Positions 12,119-24,260 of a DNA stretch of 64,000 bases are shown in pieces; within the stretch, counting starts at the first letter, position 1; each line of letters begins with the position of its first letter. The notes under the pieces were generated by a model. That model made no database searches. It was not told where the DNA came from and saw only the letters and a list, made by a program, of their open reading frames with translations. The stretch is from Klebsormidium nitens (Eukaryota; Plantae; Klebsormidiophyceae): the NCBI GenBank assembly GCA_000708835.1, contig DF237009.1, positions 124,001-188,000 on the forward strand. Reading direction: 5' to 3'. Made by a program: the position numbers and the translations under genes.

Positions 12119-13737
12119 CTAAGCACCCCCTTCAAGAGCACGTTTTGCGATTGCTACGAACGCGTCGGAGTCAACCCGGTTCGGGATGGAATCCATGCTC
12201 GGCACGCTGCACCCGAAGCTCTGTAGCGCCTCTTTGCACTGCACGACCAATGATACGAGTTAACGCCCTTCTTTGACTTGATTGCCTCTACTTGTCTATG
12301 ATATCGCTCAATAGTGCAGAAAAACTATGATACGTTTGTGTACATGAATACTCCTCGACTTTGTGAGATGTGTGAAGCCTCGAAGAACGAGCCTTTGAAG
12401 ACGCGTTGGAAGTCGAGTAGAGGGAAAAGCACCTCAGTAAGCGTGACATTCCATCCTCTTCCTTTCTCAAGCTACTTCACTGCTAAGATTGGCAGTCGTC
12501 AATGGGCCTTCGCATTAAGTACATGCAGAGTGCCTTACCTGGCTTGCATTTATTGCCCCCGTTGATGTCACGTCAAACATACGAAAGACGGCAGAAACGT
12601 CGGCGTCTGTAAAGAAGTTGTCCTGCAAAAGGGAATGTTATTCGGACTGTGTGTGGAAAGCTTAAAATGTCGTTATTGCAACCGAACTGCTACTGCTTGT
12701 GCTTAAGGAATCAGTCCGTGCACAGACGCGCCCTGTCAGCGGTGATATGGACACGCTCGTTGCCTCTTCTCGACTTGGACACATTGACGTTGGCATGGAA
12801 GAGATCTTAGGCCCTGATGACGTTGTCCTTTAATAAGTGAGAGAAAGAGAAGAGATGAGCCTGACTGCAGGACGTCGTCTCGTGCAAGGACAAACTGCAG
12901 TTGCCGTGTCCTTTGTCTCAGTACATAGGGGTCGAAGCATCACCAAAATTGAACTTACGCAATTACAAAGCTGCACAGGCTACCTGGTGCAAAGTGATCC
13001 AGAAGACAGGAAACCTGTTCCAAAAGGGATTGGACGTTGTAATTGTTTGCTTCCTCTTCTAGTTCCACCAAGTGACCTCCGACATTTAGTCGTTGACTTG
13101 CTTCGGTCAGTGCAACTGCACTTGATTGTAGCCGGGCTTCATCGTCTAGAAGTGCAAAAGCTTACTTTTCGGTTTGCCGCTTTCAGCTCTGTCAACTTTT
13201 CTATCAGAAAAGCCTTTGGATCTTTGGGCTTGAGCAACAAAAGCAGGCGTGTCGCTGACTGCAAAGACAAGGCAAGAAAAACTAAGTGGTTGATATCAAA
13301 GCTGCAAGCTGAGTTTACAGCAATCGACATTGTTACATTGATCTATGACGAAAGGGGAATCATGCAATGTTTTCAAACTTGACCGCTGGCAAGCTTGCTC
13401 AATAGGCTAGCGCAAATTGTGTCACAGCTTCACCACCTCTTAAAGATACATAAATCACATCTTTCCCACAAGCAGCTCATCCTATGAAGCTGTTTCTCTA
13501 AAGCGTCAAGGGGAAGTGCTTGTGTGTGTGTGGTTGGAGTGAGGAAGTGCCTGAGTACTTTGGCAATGAGGAATGCAGATAGAGCAGCAGGTGCACACGG
13601 CCCCAGCGTGGCCACAATGCATTTAGAGGCGATCAGTGCACTTCGATCCACTTAGAAGCTCTCCATCTTACCTGGAAGAGCTCTCCAACCTTATGCTTTT
13701 CCATGTACTCTTCTGCTTTGATCTTGGGGTCCAACAT
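12119..13737 (-). CDS. EFCAB10: EFCAB10-like protein (RIIa/Dpy-30-type docking helix pair + EF-hand), 120 aa, 4 exons; not visible as one ORF
   Basis: Exons 13737-13672, 13258-13166, 12622-12539, 12238-12119, all phase 0. Protein: MLDPKIKAEEYMEKHKVGELFQSATRLLLLLKPKDPKAFLIEKLTELKAANRKDNFFTDADVSAVFRMFDVTSTGAINASQCKEALQSFG...GGA*. Matches the recalled EFCAB10 pattern (A.EYLEKH.I.E; LL..RP..PK.YLI..L; F....I.AMF.M.D....G.I...QY.EAL..LG). Confidence 0.8.
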
Positions 13738-14224
13738 CCTCACTGAAATATGGAATACTGCGGTCAGCTGTGCCCCTCCTAGCTATCCTGTCAGATTGTT
13801 GACCTCAAGCAAAAAACAAAGGCGTGGGAGCTGGTGTTAGCTAATCCGACCACAGCTGATGCGCTTGCTCGCAAAACACCAACGAGCTCCACTTTATGCT
13901 CCTATAAGTGACAGATTCACTCTTCTTGCTGTATTGCTTATATACACCATCTAAATCTGCTAAAGCTCTTTGCTGCTGCTGTTTAAACGCTAAGCTTCTG
14001 ACAAATTTGGAGCTCTTCTGATTCATTGAATCGCGAGTAGAGCAATCATGCAGCTTATGAGAAGCTTGACCTGCGTTCGCGCCTTCCTTGACCGCCAGCT
14101 GGTCCACCGAAGTTACAAAATAATGAAGTTGGATGTAGAAACCAAAGATAGGACTACTCTCCCATTAGGACTAATAATCTTAGAGATTGCAAAAAGCTGT
14201 GCAGCTTTCACTTGTCTGTCACAG

Positions 14225-14593
14225 GAGGCCGGGAATCTCTAACTCAAAATCCAATGAAACCTAGTCCTGGTCCATACTACATGCTACAGCTGTACTTACG
14301 TCAGTACGTCTGCTAAAAGTGACAACTTCAATACAGGCTTTGTATTGTCACCTAAGCTAACCCCGTAGCGCGCGAAACCCACTGGTCCCCCGGGTGCTTG
14401 TCATATTCACGATAGTCATGTAGTGAAGATTACTTCGTCAAAGCTGGGATACGAACGCTTGTGCTCATAACAGAAACAGTGTGGTTGCGCGCGCAGCTTC
14501 TCTGGAAAGATACTGACCGTGGATGAGTTCGACCTGACAAACTTGGACGTGATCGAGCAATGCAACGTGGCCAATGTGACCTATCATACGTGA
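14225..14593 (+). pseudogene. Two-exon coding-like fragment with no confident start (orphan gene or remnant)
   Basis: TCACAG|14225-14303|GTACGT ... GCGCAG|14497-14593. Splices in frame to GRESLTQNPMKPSPGPYYMLQLYLRHFSGKILTVDEFDLTNLDVIEQCNVANVTYHT*. Second exon is GC3-rich. Ends only 79 bp before the FKBP ATG. Confidence 0.35.
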
Positions 14594-14671
14594 TGCAGGC
14601 CTGATGCTCAATGCACCCTGGTCCCTGCGCATTGCCCTGCATTTGCTTTGTTCAGCTGGTTTTGAAAAGCC

Positions 14672-17600
14672 ATGGCGCACGCATTGCAGACTTCCCCTTT
14701 CCTGGGTTCCACTGGAGCTTTCCAGTCAGCAGCATTGCAGCAGGTAAGCCCAGTATGCTTGGTTGTGAGGGGATGCAGGGCCGTCACGCGCGTCATTGTG
14801 CCACTGCATTGTGGACTTTCTCAAACGAGCATTGTTGACATCAAGCCTGCAGTCGCCGTTTCAGGTGGCAGGTGCCCTTGCAAGCGTAGGCGTGAGACTA
14901 GTGTTGCAGAGATGAGCAGCGCTTCAAACCAAACCCGTCAAAAGAACTTCTGGAGACTAATTTCTAGAGAACCAAAGTCTTCTACATGGACAGCAGGGTC
15001 GCCAGTGAGGACCGCTTTGCTCCACAGATTGTCACCTCTTGGCAAGTCTTTTGAAGCCAATTCCCACAGTGGAGGATGCTTTTGGTGACCTATCAATGTC
15101 CAGGATTCTTTAGTCAAATTACCTGCTCGGCCACAATATCTTGTAGGAATGGCACAATCCTGAGCATGCCTCTCATCAATCTTCAATGTGCAATGCTCCT
15201 AAGTCTTGGTGTTCGCCAAATTTGCTTTCAGGGCTTAAGTGTAAAACCCTAATGCACTGGCACCACCATATTTGGATGGCCAGAAGTTCTTGTGGCAAAA
15301 GTGCATGATTTGAAGCAATGCAGACCATGAGAGCGATCAATCCAAAGCAGGCGCCAGCCTCTCCTTAATTGAAAGAAAGGAAGCGAGCACGAACGAGGGA
15401 CTTGATTACAGCGAGAAGCTCGACATGTTTTTATCTGGATTCCGGGGGTAAACAGGTGCAGGCAGGACTGTTGAAACGGTGCGCAGAGAATCACCAATTC
15501 ACCTCTCTTTTTGCAGAGGTTTGAGAACACCGCCAGAAGATGCCCGCTTATTAGCTCCCACCAACCATCAAGCGCCAGGTGTCAAGCTGCAAGTGGTGAC
15601 TCCGCCAGGGAGGCACCTGCTGTCACAAGGCGAGCTGCGTTGAACCTCGCTGCGGCTGCGGCCGTCCTTGCGAACTCACCGCTCAGGGCTCAGGCGGCCA
15701 GCCTGCCGAAAAGCGACGATACGCAGATTAGGCTGGTGTCAAAGGACGAAGAAGCTGGCATCGAGAAGGTAGGCAGGCCTGCCGAGTCTGTTGTTCGACG
15801 CGACCGGGTGAAAATGGATGCGGCAGAGCGACTTTTGACTCTGAAGTCAAACGTTCAGCTTGCGTGGAGAATTGGACAACCATGATCCATATTTGGGGGG
15901 TGTTTGAAGGGGCCTTCTTTTCAGGGGCAGTGCATGAGAGGCCGCTGTTGTTGCCGCAGAAGGCGCCACACTTTTGAGATGTGTCTGCAATCTGCCCCTG
16001 AGTTGGTAATTTTATCCAAGGAGTGGTGTTGCTGATCGGTCGAGATGAAAGCATTCAATCGTTTGGTACTTTGGACCGGTTGAGGGGTTCTTCAATCAGT
16101 GCCCCGGGCACCTTCTTGTCCAAAGAACAACAATTCTGAGATCCTCCGCTGGCCCTACTGCTTCGCCTGTTGGTCCTTGGACAAGCTTTGACCAGTTTCC
16201 ATCATGTTCTTAAAAAGAGAGCAACAAGATAGTGTGTCGAGCCAAGTTCAAGTATGTAAAAATGATTCGCTGGAACAAAGAAACGCATGCCTTTCTTCTT
16301 GCTTTGCAGTTGCCCCTGCAGACGACCTCTTCAGGCCTGCAGTACCGAGACCTGGTGGCAGGGGAGGGACCCAGCCCGCCCGTCGGATTTCAGGTGAGGC
16401 CGAAAGGCACAGTCTTCGCTTCAGTTTTCTTGTCTGTATCTCAAGCCTTGATGATGACGTGGATTCTTATTGGCTTAGCATACTTGTGAAGAGTAATCGT
16501 CCGCAAACCAATGCGCAAATGCTGCATTTTGACCCGAGATGAACACGATACAATGGTCTTGGTAGAGACAGCTCCTGACTTAGTAAGGCTGCAAGTATTT
16601 GCCGCCTTTGCTTGGAATTCCAGGCCCACTAAGTGAACTGACCATGTTTTGGACTGCCTCTGACACGGTGTCTCTTCCAGGTCACAGTTCACTACGTTGC
16701 GCAGCTGCCAGATGGCCGCATCTTCAACAGGTGAGAAAACTGAAGAGCGATAACCAACTGTCGCAAAGGCAAGTACTATCGACATGAAGGGCATATTTAG
16801 AGGAATTAGGCACAAAAGCCAGTCGTTGGGCCTCTACTTCCGAACGCCTTCTGCGCACTGGTAAAGCCTTCACCATGAGGCTCTATCTGTGCATGAAGGG
16901 GTCGAACCCATCCACTATAGTGCGCGAGTGTCAGCATCCGCGTACAGCGCTTCAGCCGAAGTATTTGACACTACCTTGTTCGGACGTCCGCAGCTCTCTC
17001 GAGAAGGGCTCGCCGTACATTATTCGCGTGGGGGCCGGCCAGGTGTTGAAAGGCCTCGACGAGGGCCTGCTGACGATGAAAACGGGTGGCAAGCGGAGAC
17101 TATACATCCCGGGAGACGTAAGCCGCCCATCCAGTCGCTCCATTGTTTCCTTTCTCTTCTGCGCAATACATAGCTCTGAGTGAGATGGATCTCAATCGAA
17201 GGCAAGATTGAGGATCGCTATAATGTTGCCTGACACGTCTGTAGGAAGCACTCGTCAGAAGCGCCCTTCCTTGTAACCAACTGCCGCTTTCGGGTCTTCA
17301 TACATCCGACGAGTGGAAAGTTTGTCATGGCAATCATGTCCCGGACTTTGTACGAAGCCTGTGTCACAGGGGTTGGTCTTCGGCTGAAGCGTCTTCATTC
17401 CTCCGTTTCAAGATCCACAGTCCCCCGACGTTCCCCATTCACAAATACGACTTTCACATATGGTGGCCGACAGCAGTATATGTCCCCGACTTTCCCCTAA
17501 ATACGGTATATACGACGTTCACCATACATATATGATTCTCTGACTTTCTTCTCCTCTCGTACGTCCACAGCTCGCATTCCCGAAGGGCCTCGGCGCGGCG

Positions 17601-17711
17601 GCAGGGCGGCCGCGGGTGCCGCCCAGCAGCCCCGTCGTGTTTGACGTCCAGTTGCTGTACATCCCTGGCATTTCGGACGACCTTGCTTCGGAGGAAGAGG
17701 CTTCAGCGTAA
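14672..17711 (+). CDS. FKBP16-3: Thylakoid-lumen FKBP-type peptidyl-prolyl isomerase
   Basis: Exons 14672-14743, 15517-15768, 16322-16393, 16681-16730, 16994-17117, 17571-17711. Bipartite transit peptide with twin-Arg (TRRAAL...AQA). Mature domain TTSSGLQYRDL..GEGPSPPVGFQV..HYVA..DGRIFNSSLEKGSPY..RVGAGQVLKGLDEG...GGKRRLYIPG.LAFPKG...GRPRVPPSSPVVFDV matches the recalled plant FKBP16-3. Confidence 0.92.
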
Positions 17712-18515
17712 AAGGAGGAAGCTTCTCCGTCTGAGGAAGCGTGATGATGTTCTAGACGGCTGCAGATTTGCGTTTGGTTAGCCTGGTGTGACTACCATTT
17801 TTGACCTGGTAAAGCTGCCGCCAAGTGGCAGTTTCGTGTTGCAACGTTTTCTTTTCGAGTGGTTGATCAATCTGCGGCGCCTAAAACTAGAGGGCCCGAC
17901 ATCGTCAAGTTGGGTCTAGTGCTCTTGGCATTCTGCCCTGAACTTTGTGTACTTAATTGTGTGATGGCAGTGCGTAGAGTGCCGCGCGGATCCACTGCTT
18001 TACGTCATTCTAATGATACAGTATGTCAGAAGGTGTGCTGGCCAAATGTAGATCATGTACCGCCTAGTGCAAGACGTTGGTCATGCACAAAGTCGGCCAT
18101 GCCAATTGGAGACCGGACACTTGCATGTGCACTTGGCATGCAGAATCGTGTCTACATAAGAAATCCATGGTATGGCTGAACATCAGCTCGCACAGTATTG
18201 CAACAGTCACCGTCAACTGAAGTACAAGCCCTAGCTGGTAATTTAAGCGGAGCTCCGGTGACCCCGATAGAAGTCATAGCAGTATTTCTAAATGAAACTA
18301 GAAGGCCGCGCATGATACTAACACCAACCATGATGAAAGTCAGCACTGAGCAGAGGTCAAACCTAGATACTGTACAGTCTGCAAATGACTTCCGTCTACT
18401 TGAGTCATCGCTCACAGGTCCCTTTCCACTATACAATCGAACCATGCAGTCGACTTCTAGCAGCATAGTATTTACATAATTAGGGGGCAGTCTAGAAATT
18501 CTTAAGGACGTCGTG

Positions 18516-20596
18516 TCATCTCCTGCGGTTCTCAGAGTCGTCAAAGACTCTCGACACCTCGCTCCAGACGTCGCTCAGGAAGTCCTCCAGATCCCCGGAC
18601 CTGCATCGCGTACACTTTTTCTAAGCCCAAGCAGATTGTAAGAACGCCCACTTCCTCTATGAGAATCGTGGATCCCGACTGAACTTGTTTCACTTCCATT
18701 TGACAAACCAGCGCAAAATGCGAGCAGCTAGCATAGCGCCATGGAGCAGCTTGCGTTTCTGACAAACGCCCGAAACTACTTTAGGCAGTGGTTCTTGGCC
18801 ACTGATCGTCAGAGATCCTAAACTGATTGTCTTATGACGTTTCAAAAAAGTGCTGACTCAAGTAGGTAGATTTGCTCACTCATAGTCTCCACCGTTCAGA
18901 CGGGGTGGAGACAAATTCGAGACCACAATGGAAACCTCCTCCATAAGCCCTGGCATAGACCGTGCGTATTTCCCGTTTGCGACAAAAGAGCGAACAATCA
19001 TCTTCGGCACTCACCCCCGTGGCAGTTGCCGCCAGCTCTTTCTCAGTCTACTGGCTTTGGGGTTGGCTAGGTTGCTGTGCTTGCCCCTCCGATCCCAACC
19101 ATGGCCTCTCCCAGTTCCGTACCCGAAACCCAAACCTATCCCGCATCCGGCGCCTGGAAGGTGGATATCATTGCTTGACTAGAAAGTGAAGCAGCGGGGA
19201 AACAAAATCCAAAAACCTCAGCAGCAATTTTTGGTTTCATATTGCTCTGTTCCTTTTCGCTGATGCCTCAACTCTCGTTTGCAGTACGTGTGAGAGCTCT
19301 GGGGGTTGACTTTCCCCGTTTAGTCACGATGACCAATTTGTAATCAGATAAGAGACCATCGACTATGCAAAAACTTGCCCTTTCAATGAATGCAGGGGCT
19401 TACAGGTGGCGACAAAGGGGGGTTGCAGAATCTTTCCTTGTCAAGCCCAGTACAACTTGAAAAGAACCAACCGGATAACCCGTATTATTGGTGTGGAAGC
19501 TATCACTGTTTGTACATTGTCCACCTGGGCAGCCAATCAGTTTTGAGTGCATTCAAGTATGGCTGCCTTGACATCAATCTTCTCAAATACGCAAAGGCAA
19601 ACCCCGATCCTATCCCACACCTGGCGCCTGGGTGATTGATATCATTGCTCGGATCAGAGGAAGGAAGTAGTGCCATTGAGCTGAAAAGTACAATGCGCAA
19701 CTTGCTCTTCCAGACTGCTCCGTTGACTTCCAGCAATTACATTAGCTTTTGGGGTCCAGTACATTTTCAAATCTTTGGGGGTTGTGATTGACCATGTCAA
19801 ACATTTGGGAGAGAATCAAATGTCCAGAAGTGTAAGCATTGTTCTTATTAGAGGCAGATTGTGGGAACGGAGGGAGAATGCAGTGTCTTGCTTCATCAAG
19901 CCCACTTGAATCTGACTGCATCTTCATTTGAAGCCTTGCATTCCTGACTCCCTATAGTGACTTGATTATTGCACAGCCCAGCAACGTCCAGTTACAGAAT
20001 GCAACCAATGGATTACTGCCACTGGAAGTAACTTAGTAGAAACTTACCTGCGCCAAACCCGACGCTCATCATGGGCAACCCCACCCCCAATCCAAGCCCT
20101 GCGCATGCGCAGATTGTGATCAGCGATTCATCTGCTTTGAATTGCCTCCTTGTAGCTTCCTTCCTAAATGCAGCAAATGCATACTTCTTCTGATGAAATT
20201 CTGGGGCAGTTTATCGTCTGCTACACGGGCTGTGCGAGGACAATCGCATGCAATCAAAGGCCTCGATAACCAGCAGAAACTTTCAAAGCCCACTGAATTC
20301 GTATCCCAAGTAGAGTGGCAGCAAAGTCCCTTTCTTTGTTGACAATTCTATTGAAGCCCAATTTGCAGATTGGAGTAGTGAGAGCTTCCATGGTTTTCCT
20401 GACAAATGGAAGAGCACAATACAACAATAACGACAGTGCAAACAATTGAGGAACAGAACTTACCACCCACAAGCCCTAGTCCAACTCCCACCCCGCACCC
20501 CACTCCCAAACCGAACCCGGGGCCCAGCCTGCCCCAATTGGCCAGATTAACCTCCGGCAGCCGCCAGATTGGAGCTAGCTCGTTGTTGTGGCCCAT
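18516..20596 (-). CDS. Small glycine-rich (GxGxG repeat) membrane protein of the plant family related to TGD5/At4g10330-type proteins
   Basis: Exons 20596-20464 (start ATG tentative), 20098-20048, 19153-19015, 18600-18516 give ...[61 protein letters not shown]...[27 protein letters not shown]. A paralogous exon-3 copy lies at 19627-19503. Confidence 0.8.
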
Positions 20597-21207
20597 TCCT
20601 TCGTTCTTCAAGTCCGAAGGAGATAGCTCTGAGGGCGGCTGCTCCAAGCCGCTGACGCTCCTCGCTTTCTCCCTCAAGGTGCCTGGTGCTCAATGACAGG
20701 AGGCACACGCAATGGGGCAATGGAACTTGAAAGGAAGCACCCCTTGCATGAAGCAGACTGATCGATGAAGCAGGTTTTACATATTATTCTTCATATAAAT
20801 TCAGAGATTTCTGGCGTTGAGGCCCGATGGTCGGTAGCGATCTGGCTTGCCACCTGTTGAGAAGCACGAGCCCAATTCTTTGTCAAATTCTACATGGAAA
20901 CCCAAAAATCACACGGTATTCCTTCTTGTGGAAAGCAATCTTGCAGAATATTCACTAGGAACGACGCGCATAAGCAGGGAGATCAAATACCGCATCTTCA
21001 CTCTAGATTAGCAGCTCAAAATTGAAGGTTCATGAACGCTTGATCAGCTTGGCGGCATAACCATTTCTGATTTCAGCTTGGCGGCCTGCTTCTATATGTC
21101 GAAAGTTTGCTGCTCTGACTGAGCATCTTCCATCCTTCACGGGAGGATCTGGTCTGCGTTTGATTTGTCGTCGAGCACGGAGGATCAGGGTGCGCCGAAT
21201 CAGCAAG

Positions 21208-23026
21208 ATGAGCTACTATCCACCAGGGAATACGTGGCAGACCCCAGGGATGGGCCCTGGGGGAGGGTACGAGGAGTTTGGCGCTCAACCAGGGATGCAG
21301 CGGCCGGCAGCAGGACCTTCCGGGTCGAGTCCTTTTAACAACATGTTCTCTGGAGCGACATCTGCTATGGCACAGCACGGCCTGGCTGCTTATGGCGGCA
21401 AGTTCCTGGGGTCGGGGCGGGAATACGTGCAGAGCAATATAAGCAAACTGGGGAACATGCACTATTACTTCCAGGTCAATTCGCAGTATGTAAAGAACAA
21501 GCTGAAGATCCTCCTGTTTCCATTTTTGCACAAGGGCCACTGGACGCGCATTGCGGAGCAGGTTGGGGGGGATAAGCTGACGTATAAGCCGCCGAACGAG
21601 GACATCAACGCGCCCGACTTGTACCTCCCATTCATGGCTTTTGGCACATACATGATCCTGTGTGGCATTTTTCTGGGGATGAAGGGGCAGTTTGGGCCTG
21701 AGGTTCTCAGCAGTCGGTGCACGAGGGGCTTGGTAGCCTGGGGTGCTCAGGTGAGATGTCAATCCTGCAAGGAGTGAACGGATTACCTGTTTTTGAATTA
21801 TGCTGGTGATCTTGCAGCTTCTCTTAGGATTTAAGGAAGAATTCTGAGCTGATTCAGAATCCTTCAGCCTTCGCAGTTGATTGACTGCATGAATTTCAGC
21901 TCTTCTTTAGCCCCAGGAACCGGCACAGGGACCTTCAAGTAGTCACGAACATGTCAATCTGCTGCTTGATCAATTGCCGCCTTATGAGGGAAGTCCATTG
22001 CCGTGTGATGATACAAGCCACTTGGCCTTTCAATGTCAGGAATGAAGCTAACACACAGCTCACTTGATGAAGTGGGACCTTTTGCAATTGTCCGTTTTGG
22101 GATGGCTAAAGAATCTTATTCTGGTGATTGAGCTCAAGTGTCAGCTCTTACTAAGGGCCCAGCCATCAATAGGTAGTTCAAAATTTGGCCATGTGAATGT
22201 CTGCTGATGGCTCTCGAGAAACATCTCTCCTTTCGTCCGTAATCTGGAGTTGTTCAAAACGGAATGCTTTATCGGCTCCGATCAAGGGGAGATGTTCGAA
22301 GATGGTCCTTCTGCCGACTTTGAGTCTATTTTTACCTTTCTTTGTCCTCCTCATATATTTGTTCGATGAGGGTCTGCTGGCAAACGTTTTGGTCGATTGT
22401 GGGCTTCCTGATCCTGGCTGGGGTCTTAGGTTTTGTTGGGTTTGCTGTATTACACGGCGATTTGAATTGCACTCTCTGTATCTCGTTCTGAGGAATGTGA
22501 CCCACTTTATCCTTGAAGCCGTTTACCACTGTTTTGTTTGACAAACCGAATCACCCAAGTGGACGAGACAACATGAACTTTCGGAACAATCAAGACCTGC
22601 CATCACATCGCCACTGCTCGTGTCCTTGTTAGCCAAGCAATTCATTAGGCTCCCAAACTTCCATCTTGGATTTTTACTTGTCATCTCAAGTTACTCCTCT
22701 CCTTTCTTCAGATCCTACTGATGCGGTCGATACTCTACACCCTCGGATCCGGCAACTCCCCTCTTCTCGACATCACCGCGTATACGGGCTACTCGTTTGT
22801 TGGGGTCAGCATCAACATCTTGGCCAGGATGGGATCACTTTGGGTGTACTATGGGGTATTAGCGTGGACCACGATCAGTCTAGACGTGTTCTTGGTCCGG
22901 ACGCTGAAACGGATCCTGTTTGCGGAGGCCCGGAGTTATGACAGAGACTCGAGCCGGCATCACTACATGCTGCTACTGATTGCACTGTTTCAGTTCCCGG
23001 TGGCGATTGGGCTCGGCCTCCTATGA
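21208..23026 (+). CDS. YIF1: YIF1/HRF1-family ER-Golgi transport membrane protein
   Basis: Exons 21208-21750 and 22712-23026. Motifs HYYFQVNSQYVKNKLKILLFPFLHKGHWTR, DINAPDLYLPFMAFGTY, LDITAYTGYSFVG, FLVRTLKRILF. Confidence 0.93.
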
Positions 23027-24260
23027 GCGCGACTGCTTAGTCTCCCGTCAGAAGACTGGCCGCTTTCAAAGCAGCTTCGTCAAGCCAGGGATCCGAAACA
23101 AACAGATATAGCCCTTGCGATTCTAAAGATATCCATTGGTTCGCAGCCCACGGAGCTGTATTCATTATTTGTTACTGTCGCTGCTAGCTTTGCATGTGCC
23201 TAACCTCATCATTCAAGATGCTATATGCCTAACCTCATCACTCATGATGCTAAATTCCACGAAGTGGGGTTGGTTGATTCCGACTCATGATCGTTTGTGG
23301 CGATGCATTCATAATTAGCCGCATGTTGGCGCGGCTGGTATCAATCGTCCCTCGATCCGCTCTCCAACATCAGATTGTTTCATCCACAACGGTACTAATG
23401 CATGCATGTGCATGCTCATGATCGTGCATCTCGCACCGCACATATGAAGCATGAGCTGCCAAACTCGAACATGGATTTGCAGCCGCTAAGTTAAATATGC
23501 ATAAGTATGTAGACGCAGAAGCGATGCGCCATGTGCTTGATGTGATTCATATCACGATATGCATGAGCCTCGCATATCAATACAGCTTCTTTCCACAATG
23601 CACTGAGGTTGCGAACAAACCCAGGAAACCTCTCAAGAAATGTGGCCAGGTTAATCGACACGAAAGCCGAGCAGGACATGAAGTGGCCCAGACTTGTTCG
23701 AAGGACTCAATATCTGGCCCGAGCCAAGTCGACCAACCTTTTGAAAGGGCCTTTCAACTCTTCTGAAACTTTCCGCCCAGGGATTGGACTCAGAGATCTC
23801 CCCGTTTTTGGTTTCATTTGCAGGTTGGTCGAAAGAAGCTGTATTGAAAAACGTTGAATCGATTCTGTACCATAAAGTGATGTCGATTGCCCACAGACTA
23901 CCTAGCTCTGCAAGTCCCATCCGGCCAGCCCAACCCTGAGATCGGATTAGGTATATCTACGTACAGTCTTTCATGATTGAGCGCTTGTAATAAAGGTAAC
24001 TCGTATGGAGATCCTTAACCAGAAAGAGTCAAGCCATTGCGCCTTTGGATCTCTTTTCAGTGGCTGCTTACTTTCCAGTGGCCATGAGGCACTCATCCCT
24101 TCAAAGGAGTCCTAAAAGTGCATAGGCCTGTGCTTTGCAGCTGTAACCCTGATAACTTGCTTCATGAGCATGCCACACCCTCGCACGTACAGCCGAATGC
24201 CTCACACCGACCCCGCAGGGCGTGGAACGTGCTTGACATCTCGCTAATGATCATCGAAAC

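Noticed and set aside
12837-13382. 181-aa plus-strand ORF
   Set aside because: Antisense to EFCAB10 exon 2 and its introns, with no family features.
18152-18544. 130-aa (-) and 93-aa (+) ORFs
   Set aside because: They overlap the last exon and 3' region of the glycine-rich gene in other frames or strand. No motifs.
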